Assembly (NCBI RefSeq): GCF_006345805.1
Contig: NC_043000.1
Span: forward strand, 125,674,001-125,738,000
Direction: 5' to 3'
From: Octopus sinensis
Lineage: Eukaryota
DNA length: 64,000 nucleotides
The notes under the pieces were generated by a model, which saw only the letters and a list, made by a program, of their open reading frames with translations, was not told where the DNA came from and searched no databases. The first letter of the stretch is position 1. Every line of letters begins with the position of its first letter. The position numbers and the translations under genes were made by a program. Positions 14,815-25,055 of this stretch are shown here, in pieces.

Positions 14815-15217
14815 TTAACCTTTTGGCATTCAAACTATTCGGTCAAAAGTAATGCTTATTTATTCACATTGTTTTGAACTGATCATGCTTTATTTCATAC
14901 TTTCTAGATTTTGATAATATGATTGTGTGTTTTTAGAATGACTTTGTAGGGTAGATGTGAGAGGCAGGATCTGGCCAGTTTGAACATAAAACAGGTAGAA
15001 TATTTTGACCAGATATGGTCAGTTTAACCCTTTAGCATTTAAACCAGCCATATCCAGCCAAAATATTCTGACTCTTTTATGTTCAAACTGGCCAGATCCA
15101 ACATCTCATACCAAACCTACAATGTCATTCTAAAAATATACAATCACATCATTGAAATCTTGAAACTATGACATTATGCATGATTAATTCAAAACACTGT
15201 GAATAAACAAGCATTTC
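14815..15217. mobile_element. Two copies of a second TTAA MITE family in inverted arrangement
   Basis: ttaaccttttggcattcaaac... to ~15028, then ttaaccctttagcatttaaacc... whose interior is the reverse complement of the first (ggatctggccagtttgaacataaaa / ttttatgttcaaactggccagatcc). Confidence 0.7.
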
Positions 15218-16935
15218 TGAAGCAACATCTTATTAGTTACAGTCTACTTGATTATTAATCTAAAATTTCATAATATTGATTTATATTAAGCCCAGTATGC
15301 TCTGCTTTCACCCTCTTCTCCTGCACTGCTTGTTACCTCCCTATTTCATACCATCCACCAGCCTACTCTTGCTTACATTCCTCTACACATCTTGGGTGTA
15401 TGTCCTTTGTCTGTCTCCTGGCTCACATAGATTGCTGTTATTGTCCTGTTGTCTTGAATATAGGTACCTATCTCAGAATAACAAATACTCCTACTACTAA
15501 TGCCTCTGTCTCTCAGGTTTCTCACACTGTAAAGAGGATGGCAAGCAAACAGACATGGGATTGTGTAGTCCCTTTAAAAATGCTCCCCTGTAAAGAAGGT
15601 TGTTGTGAAGATTCTTTGGTCTTGTTGAGGACATGAGTCCTCTATTGTGTTGGTGCTATAAAAAAAAAGTCCCCCAAAAAATCACCCAGTACACACTGTA
15701 AAGTGGTTAGTGTTAATAAGGGCATCCAGCTGCAGAAACCATGCCAAAAAATGAAAGAACTGCAAGATGAGGTCCCTCAAACTGTCTTTGTAAGCAGTAC
15801 CCCACAAATATATGTTGCCTCTGACTGTGGTGACCTATGCCAACATGAAAACAGATGTAAAATGAAGATGGTGGTGCTGGTGATGACAATGATGGTGGTG
15901 GTGGTTGTAGTTAGTGTAAGATATATATGGAAAAGGAAGCACAAATATTTACTATAAAGACAATCAAAGGCTTGTGTAGCTTTTGAATTTATATCAAATG
16001 CTACATGGTTTGCTTTTGTTTTTGATTTCTGCATATGCCCTTTAACTTTTTGTGCAAAAATATTGTTTTTATACAAGGTGCAGTCTCTAGCTTGGAAAAT
16101 TAATCAATAATTTTGTGTTAACCTTTGCAGTCTCCGTATTAGTGATGGAGGTTATTATAGTCTGAATGTATAGTTTTATAGAAAGCACTAGGAAAGAAAA
16201 TTTTCACACTATTTCTACCATTTGATAATTCATGGTATTTTTTTTCTTTCCTAGTTCTATATTTACCATGATGAATATATTGATGTATATGTTTATTAGA
16301 AAGATGTTAATAAAATCTGTCATTTATATAATATTCATTTTAGCAATGTGTCAACCTTTGTTAGTAAATTAGCCTTTGGAAAATACTTTTCTCTATTATT
16401 ATTCAATATTTGATGTTTTTTCTTTCTTTCTTCTGTTATTGGTCAGGAAATCTATATCTTAGGATATCAATTAACATCTAGAATGATCCGTGCACAGGCT
16501 TCTGTTAGATATTCTGGTTATTCTTTGATAATCTGATCAAGCAATGTATGGTTAGAAAACTACACAATTTAATCAGCGTCAGCCTTTTTTTTTTGCTTTG
16601 ATTTACATCTAGACTCTTAATAAGCTTTTAGCTTGATAGGACTAAGTGACTGTTGTGCAATCCCAGATCAGATCTGATTAAACAGATTCTATGATTAGAC
16701 ATTCCTGTTGTAACAATCTTGTCTTTTTGTTTTAAGCATGGTTAATCCAGGACAACAGCTTTGAAAGTGTCCTTGCTTACATTATCCATTGTCGTTCCTT
16801 TCCTAAGATGGTAGCATGTGGTTTGAGGGAATTTGACTGCTATTTCTTACAAGTTGTGCAGCCATGTAAGAATTCCTCATTGGCTCATAATAAGCAGTTT
16901 AATCAACTACCTACATCAAATATAGTATATGCTGA

Positions 16936-17303
16936 GGCATAGCTATGTGGTAAGAAACTTGCTTCCCCACAAAATCGTTCCAGGTTCAGTCCCATTGCAT
17001 GTCACCTTGGGAAAGTGTCTTCTACTATAGCCTTGAGCCAGTAAGAGCCTTCTGAGAGGATTTGGCAGACAGAAAATGAAAGAAGTCTGCCATGTGTGTG
17101 TGTGTGTGTGTGTGTGTGACAACTGACAACTGGTGTTGGTGTATATATGTTCCCATAACTTAACAGTTCATTAAAAGAGCCCAATAAAATAAGTAAGTAC
17201 CAGGCTTAAAAAGTACTGGGGTTGATTCGTTCAACTAAAATTCTTCAAGGCAGTGCCCCAGCATGGCCACAGTCTGATGACTGGAACCAGTAAAAGATAA
17301 AAG
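16936..17303 (+). mobile_element. SINE family B
   Basis: tRNA-like head (gctatgtggtaag...ggttcagtccca), internal (TG)n, tail cagtgccccagcatggccacagtc. Confidence 0.8.
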
Positions 17304-18104
17304 ATCTGTACTGTACGACCCTACAACCTTTCTCAAGCATTATTAATCAGATCCATAATCAATGAGTATCTTATCTGAATTTTCCAGTGATCTGAATATA
17401 TTCAACGATCTAAATCTGGTCTTCCTGTTATTGCTTCTTTTAATATATTACTATTATTTACTTGATCAAGTATGGAAGATCATAATGACTGAGATTGCAT
17501 TTCAAACCAAAATTAGAACCGGGAGAACAATGCTGAAAACAATACAAAGACTTTATCACTGAGTTGTAATTACATCTTCTATCTAACATGTCCGGCTTAA
17601 TGGCTCTTGATAATTGAGTTAATTTTCTAGTTAGTTTTGGTCATCTCATCTGTGCTGGTTTGTTATTTTAACGATTAAGATTTGAGACGTGTAATCTCTG
17701 CTCTTATGACAGTCAAGATTTGTTTGTGGAAAAGCTCAATTGCTGTCAAGTGTTTTACACAAGAGCTCCAGTATTTATGTAATTCATTGATATGTGCAAA
17801 AGTTAATGAGGAGATTATTTCTAATAGATGACAGCCAAATGGTTGTAGAAGGACTTCCAGACAATATGAAGTTTTTTGACTATGTGGTTTGCCCTTGCAG
17901 CTGATGTTTTTGTAAGGGTGATAATCATTTCCAAAATCAATCCTGGCAAGATTAAAAGTTGGGATTTTAAATTGAAGAGCAACGAAAGAGATGCACTCAA
18001 TATATATATTTTTTCTTACTCATTATAAAGGCTTAAACATTTCTAATCATAAGTAATAGATAATCATGTATTATAATTCTTTAAATATTTTATATATCTA
18101 TAGA

Positions 18105-19155
18105 TACAGGAGTGGCTGTGTGGTAACAAGCTTACTTCCCAACTACATGGTTCCGGGTTCAGTCCCACTGTGTAGCTCCTCATGCAAGTGTCTCCTACTA
18201 TAGTCTCGGGCCAACCAAAGCCTTGTGAGTGGATTTAGTAGATGAAAACTGAAAGAAGCCTGTCATATATATATATATTATATTTGTGTGCCTGTGTTTG
18301 TCCCTCCACCATCGCTTGACAACCAATGTTGGTGCGTTTACGTCCTCATAACTTAGCAGTTCGTCAAAAGAGTCTCTCAAATGTTATACTATTGTGATGT
18401 GCCTTGAAACAATTGATACCTTGTCTTTTGATACCTTCTTCATTTATTCTTCTTTTGCTGGTTTCAGTCATTGAGAGTGTGGCCATGCAGGGGCACTGTC
18501 TTCAAGTGTTCTTCAGTCTATGGTATTTACTTCATTATTCATGTTAGCTATGAAATACAAAATGTGTGCGTGTTTATGGATGTGTATATGTTTGTGTGTC
18601 TGTGTTTGTCCCCCCAACATCGCTTGACAACTGATGCTGGTGTGTTTACATCCCCGTAACTTAGCGGTTCAGCAAAAGAAACTGATAGAATAAGTACTAG
18701 GCTTACAAACAATAAGTCCTGGGGTCGATTTGCTTGACTAAAGGCGGTGCTCCAGCATGGCCACAGTCAAATGACTGAAACAAGTAAAAGAGTGTGCTGA
18801 GAGTTTTAGCCAGACTTTCATGACTGTTGTAAACAGCCCAACCTAGAGTGAAACTACTCTGAGTAGTGTGTCAACTTTTAAAATAATGAATATAGGCATG
18901 GCTGTGTGGTAAAAGGTTTCCTTCTCAACTGCATGCTTCCAGGTTCAGTCCCATTACATGGCACCTTAGGCAAGTAAAAGATAAAAGATGATATATATGC
19001 CAGACTTTCTCACAGTTTCCCTCTGCCAAACTTCATTCACAAGGAATCAGCTGTAACTGTGATAGAAAGCACTTACCTTGAGTGATGTACAGTGGAATCA
19101 AACCCAGAACCTTGTGATTGCAAGGTTAGATGTTTAACACCATAGCCACACCTGT
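18105..19155. mobile_element. Cluster of SINE family B copies and fragments in both orientations
   Basis: Plus copies ~18105-18372, ~18590-18793 and ~18893-18990; minus copies ~18445-18500 and ~19000-19155. Confidence 0.75.
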
Positions 19156-21727
19156 GTTCATTAAACACTATTATACTGTATATATTGTATTTGTTCAAAA
19201 ATATTTTTGAAATGCTTCATCACTCTTCCCATTTCCCAAATTATTTTTTTAATCTTTCTTCCTTTCAAAAATAGAAAATTTCATTTAGGAAAACAATTTA
19301 AATTAACATGTTTTTAATTAGTCGAGTTTATTAATTTGATTCAATGCCAATTCAAATTTGGAGCTTTTCCTATGATAGTTACTTTGAAATTGATTTAATT
19401 AATATCTGTAATCAAACTGATCAGGAGCAAATAAGGGAACACTTATGTTTGAAAATTAATTGTCAACCGATGGCTATCCCTTGTTATTCCTGATTGCTAA
19501 ATTGCTACAATTTTACAAGACATTTTTCTTTGTTGATGAGCAGGGAAGGTAGGAATGTTGTTGATGTTTGTTCAAAGGACATCACTGACTGAGTAGTCCA
19601 CAGACTAAATGTTTTCCAACTGTGGCCTTCCTGTCTTTCTCCATTTTTATCCTTCTGTAAAGTATTTAAGCAGCTAACTGGAAGGGTCGGTCATTAGCAT
19701 GTCAAATAAAGGGCTTAGAGGTTATTCTTCCAGCTTTTTATACAGGAGGAATTACAACCGTGTTTCGTGGTCTGCTACCACAACATCTCCTTTATAGGAT
19801 CCAGTTAGCTCAAGACGTCATCAGGAGGAACCACGTCCGGTTTCAGCCCCTACTCCTCTACTGTTTTGATGTGGCGGGGCCTCCCCTTTCGGCGGTGTCT
19901 TCAGCTCTGGTGTTGAGTGCATGTTTTCTTTCTTCTTTTTTCTGTTCCCTGGCCTCTTCAATGTAGCGTCAACGAGTGTCAGCGGGCGACTGACTGACTT
20001 GTCAAATTTTTTCCTTTTAAATACCTGCCACTAGGCTCCAGCAGGCAGCCCCAGCAAGTTGTCATGTGACACTGTCTCAAAAACATACCTGTGAGTGCTT
20101 TAATGAGTATATTGCAACAATACAGATGTAATATGAAAAGTAAACTTTCCAGGTTTTGTTTGGCAACACTGATAATTTAGTCTTTTCCGAAATGCTCACC
20201 AGAGGTGTTATTATTCAAAATAACAGCATCAGTGAGAAAGAAAGTGTATTGTGTGGTGGAATATGCACAAACTACATCATATTCTGAGTTCAAATTCTGC
20301 TATGGTCAGCTTTGTCCTTCATTCTTTTGGGAGTTGAGAAAATAAAGTCTCAGCCGAGTACTGGGGATGGTTTAATTGACTTACCTTCTTTCCCCTCAAA
20401 ATTATTGGTTGTGAACCCTATAATGGACAGCGTCCTGTCCAAGGGAACATTTTGATCTTGGTCACTTACACACCATGAAAACTGAGTAACTGGCCTCTTA
20501 GGGGCCAACAAAAAAAGAATATATAAATAAAATATTTAAAACAAGATTATCCAATATATTTTTCACTTGTGTTTGTTTATTTAAGATGTTCGGGTGTGAT
20601 TTTAGGGTGAGTTGGCTGCCATTTCTAACAGGTCATCTATCACATTGATACTCTGTCATCAGCTCAAGTAAAAATATCATTATTCAACCAAGTTGTTGCT
20701 CCTGTTGACTGTAAAATTCAAGAATATATACATAATTACAATCTGTAAAGGCCTGCTTAAATGATGAAGAGGGAAGGAAACTGAAAGTCTTTTGGTGGAG
20801 TCCTACGGATACTTGCAGCTTAAATCACTTTGTGATTTGGCAGACAACTTTATTATAGCATATGGTACACGTTAGTTCTTGTGGCACATGCTACAAATTC
20901 TTTGCTCAGACAGCTACTTACTGACTTGTACCTTTGTCGGTATTCAACTGAGATTAGTTCCACTGGGTCCAACACAATGAATCTCCATCATCATGAGTAA
21001 AAGGTAGCCATGCTTAACAATCAGTTAGCTGTTGATGTTATCCAGGTAAAGGTGGTGTTCCTTGTTTTCAGTTCCTCACTTACCAAATCCCTAAGTTTCC
21101 CTGGGAGAAATAATGATTATTTGCAGCTTATACACATCTCTCTCCCTCTCTCCTTCTCCCCATCTCCCATGTATCTCTTTCCCCTCCTATCTCTCCTCTC
21201 CTCTTTTTTTGCTACCCCCATTTCTCTCCCCCCTCTCTCTCTCCTTGGATCATTGTTTTTTCCTTTCTTTCCTTTTGTTACATATAGTACAGTCTTTTAT
21301 TGGGTATGTGTGTATATTCTCTTATTCCTAGGTTGATGTCAGCCACTGGATTGGGCATGCTGGTGTACTCCTTTCTAGAATTTACCCAGCTTCAGAAGTA
21401 TAAAAGCTAAAGTGGCCATGTGCACAGGAACTGGAATTAGAAGATCAGAACATAAACAAATTATGTTATGTCTGGTGCTCTACCAATCCTGCTTTCCCCC
21501 TGCAACACACACACATGTTGCAGCAACAGCATCTCACAAAGGAAGGTTGTAGTTCTCTGAATAAGAACTGACACGAGAGAGAGAGAGAGAGAGAAAGCAC
21601 TCTATAGTCCAGCTGTATCTTTCTAATGCCAGTGGCACAATGACCTGTATCCAGCCCATGTTGAAAGTGAGTGATGACCGAAGGTACATCCAACCATAAA
21701 AATTATGCACGTGCCTAAAATATATAT

Positions 21728-21948
21728 CTCAATCGAAGGAGAGGGGCTTTCTCTGTCCGGGTTGTGAATCCGTGGAATAAACTGCCGGACGAGATAGTGA
21801 AGATGCCGACGACCGCTCGGTTCAAAGTCTCTCTTGACCAGAAATGGCCTGAACTCTTTGTATGAACACCCTCCCTGTACATAACTCCATCTCCCCCTAC
21901 ATGGCCTTGCTTTTGCTTTTTGAGCCAAAAAATTAAATTAAATTAAAT
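21728..21948 (+). mobile_element. CR1-type LINE extreme 3' end
   Basis: Encodes RRGAFSVRVVNPWNKLPDEIVKMPTTARFKVSLDQKWPELFV*, followed by a short 3' UTR and an (aaatt)n tail. Confidence 0.85.
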
Positions 21949-21965
21949 ATATACATATATATATA

Positions 21966-22007
<42 letters not shown>

Positions 22008-22010
<3 letters not shown>

Positions 22011-22195
22011 AAGAATTCACAAAAAAACAAAAGACGAAGACTGGTGGTGTAGACAACAAACAGATGTATTAGTATAATGCTCAGGAAGTGAAAAAGTCTT
22101 TAATGTTTCGAGCTTATGCTCTTCCACAGAATGGAACGCAGAAAGAAACAAGGAGAAAAGATAAAGAATGTGTAGTGGTTAGCGATCTGTCATAT
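22008..22195 (-). mobile_element. Copy of the same (TA)n-associated family
   Basis: aacaaaagacgaagac...agtctttaatgtttcgagcttatgctcttccacagaa, directly after (TA)n. Confidence 0.65.
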
Positions 22196-22251
22196 ATAGT
22201 CAATAAAACATATATCAGAAAAGAAGCACACTCTAAAAAATAGATCGGTAA

Positions 22252-22529
22252 TTATTACAACAAAAGTTTTATATCTTGGACATAGAGTTACCAAAGGTTT
22301 CATATTCACAAAGACAAAGCCTTGTGGACAGCTCGGCAGACAGAAAATTTAAACTTTCTATGTCACAGATGCGAGGAAATTCTCAGAAATCGAAATTTAA
22401 GTCTTAATGTAGAAAGTTTAAATTTTTTGTCTTTTTATAGAGTCTGATGAGCTGTCTAAAAGGCTTTGGCTTTGTGGATACGAAACCTTTGGTAACTCTG
22501 TGTCCAAAATTTAAATTTCTGTTGTAATA
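22252..22529. mobile_element. Fold-back element carrying the hammerhead, abutting (TA)n
   Basis: 22252-22361 is an imperfect reverse complement of 22408-22529, e.g. ttggacatagagttaccaaaggtttc / gaaacctttggtaactctgtgtccaa. Confidence 0.8.
22436..22502 (+). ncRNA. Type I hammerhead ribozyme motif (canonical core)
   Basis: Stem I tatagagt/actctgtg; CTGATGA at 22444-22450; long stem II (g-c-tgtcta...tggata-c); GAAAC at 22482-22486; stem III ACC/GGT with a ttt loop; GUA triplet with predicted cleavage after 22494. Confidence 0.75.
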
Positions 22530-22533
22530 TATA

Positions 22534-22580
<47 letters not shown>

Positions 22581-22599
22581 GGACTCTCCTGTCATTAAT

Positions 22600-22882
22600 C
22601 GATGTATGAGGATTCAACAATTTCTTACTGAACAACCACACAGATGATTTGTTTATAGTGATCAAATGTTTGTGTAGACATATGCTCCCTCCCTCCATCA
22701 AATCGATATTATCTGTACAGGTGCAACTGCGTGCTGCATGTCAGATGTCGAAGTGATCGCAGAGCAATGTGAAATGAAGTGCTTTGCTCAAGAACACAAT
22801 GAAACACCTGGTCTGAGAATCGAACCCACGATCTCGCAGTCATGAGTTCAACACCCTCGCCACTAAGTCAGGCACTTTCACA
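22600..22882 (-). mobile_element. SINE with a family C-like head; similar copies at 55350-55610 (-) and 5870-6105 (+)
   Basis: agagcaa(t/c)(g/a)tgaaatgaagtgctttgctcaagaa(c/t)acaa shared between 22.7 kb and 55.5 kb. Confidence 0.7.
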
Positions 22883-23037
22883 CATGGAAATGTTAATGAT
22901 TTTCTCTTGTGTTGTATATACCTGATTATAAAGGACTGCTAAAGAAGGCAAGTCCTTGCAAGACCTGTCCTTTGGGGTCATGGAAAAAATTGGAAGTATA
23001 ATTGCATGCTTGTATGCATATAGATTTCAATATAAAT

Positions 23038-23722
23038 AGGCACAGGCATGGCTGTCTAATTAAGAAGTTTGTGTGGCAACTGCATGGATTCAGGTTTAGT
23101 CCCTCTGTGCAGCACTTTACTTGTCAAGTGTGTTCTATTATAGCTCCATGCCGATCAATGCCTTGTGAGTCCATTTGCTAAATAGAAAATGAAAGAAACC
23201 CATCACACACACATGCGCACGCATGTGTGTGTTTTACATTTGCACTGTATGTGATGTTGTTGTCACATCTGTTAAGCAATCATTTGCTGACTTTGTGCCT
23301 TCAAAGACTTGTGGAATCCCTTACTTGAAAAACAAGCGAAAAGATAACAACAGTAGTTTTTCCACTTGTAAACCTATGTCACAGTAATAATGTATATGTC
23401 TAACACATGCTGGCAAATAAACATGTAAGAGAAACAAACACGAGTGTGTGTGTGTGTGCATATTTATGTGTATATATAGGCACAGGCACAGCTCTGTGGT
23501 AAGAAGCTTGTTTCCCAACCACATGGTTCCGGGTTCAGTCCCACTGTGTGGCACCATCAGCAAGTATCTTCTACTATAACCTCAGGCCAACTAAAGCCTT
23601 GTGAATGGATTTGGTAGGCAGAAACTGAAAGAGCCTGTCGTATGTAATATATATATTTGTGTCTGTGTTCATCCCCATACCCTACCACTGTCGCCATTGC
23701 TTGACAGTTGATGTTGGTATGT
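23038..23722 (+). mobile_element. Two SINE family B heads (23038-23205, 23479-23722)
   Basis: ggcacaggca(t/c)...ctgtggtaagaagcttg...ggttccgggttcagtcccactgtgtggcacc. Confidence 0.75.
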
Positions 23723-24154
23723 TCAGGGCTGTCACATGACTTTTAGAAGCCCCCCCCCCCCCGCAACATCTTTTTCCAGGCTTCATCTCTTCAATCAAAA
23801 TTCATAATCTACACACCTTTATTATATGCAAAAATCAAACATAGTCCCTTACAGCTTGCTGTATTTTAGAATCATCACAGCACTCTGCTGTGATGATTCT
23901 AAAACACAACATATAAAAAAAACTAACTGTATATTTTTCCTACTCCTCTGTACATAGATAGATACACACACACACACAAACTTTTGTATGTGTGTGTCTA
24001 TGTGTGAGTGTATGTGCGCACGCACGCGTTCACTCTCGCATGCCTTGCTTTTGATACAGAAAGAATTTTGTCTCCAGTTTTTATTGCCTTAGGAGGTCAA
24101 AGGCAACTGTTCTGGGTACAAAGTGACCAGCTTTTCACCATCAAATAACAACGC

Positions 24155-24186
<32 letters not shown>

Positions 24187-24191
<5 letters not shown>

Positions 24192-25055
24192 TATTCGAAG
24201 AAATTCCAACTCTGTCTGTTTTTTATGTTTTACTAGCAGTATCGCCCGGCGTTGCTCAGGTTTGTAAGGGAAATAACTATAAAGCATTTTTAGAGAGTTA
24301 TAGCCAAAAAATAGCAAAAAAATGGAAAAAAATGATGGTGAATTTTTTTTCGAGATTTAAAAAAGGTAGAGTTGCATCCCCTAGACAATTTGTGGTTCGT
24401 ATTCCTGATTCTCGACCCCATGTCGAATTTATCGATTTTTTTCAGAACTGGGGGAACTTTTCAAAATTTTCGCTGCGTTAGTTTTGAATTATGACACTGG
24501 GCAATGTGTGTGTCAAGTTTCATCAGAATCGGTTGAAAGCCGTGGTCAGGGTGAGGGTACGAGAAAACAGACACACAGAAACACGCACAGACAAACTGCC
24601 GTTTATATAGAGAGAGATTTATATTCTTTATAATATTAATGTAGAATATAGAATATATAGTACAAAAAGTATATATAGTAGTATAATGAAATGAAGAATT
24701 GATTGTTTTTATTGAATAGATGAAATATTGAATATAAAATATTAAGGGACTAGTATACTTTCTTGCATTAAAGCAGTCTCCAAGGTCCCACGTTGTGACA
24801 GGAGTGTTTCAACTGTTGAAACACTCCTGTCACCACCTGGGACCTTGAAGACCGCCTTAATGCAAGAAAGTATACTAGTCCCTTAATATTTTATATTCAA
24901 TATTTCATCTATTCAATAAAAACAATCAATTCTTCATTTCATTATACTACTATATATACTTTTTGTACTATATATTCTATATTCTACATTAATATTATAA
25001 AGAATATAAATAAAACATAAAAAACAGAGTTGGAATTTCTTTCAATAATATATAT
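24187..25055. repeat. ~240 bp-arm palindromic (fold-back) element centred on 24814, left arm interrupted by a Helitron
   Basis: 24618-24813 is a gap-free reverse complement of 24815-25010 with about 5 mismatches, all near the centre; outer arm 24187-24232 matches 25011-25055. Confidence 0.9.
24233..24617 (-). mobile_element. Non-autonomous Helitron (385 bp)
   Basis: On the minus strand it begins TC and ends CTAG with a GC-rich subterminal hairpin (cccggcgttgctcagg). It is inserted between A and T with no TSD; the empty site is reconstructable from the opposite arm of the host palindrome. Confidence 0.85.
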
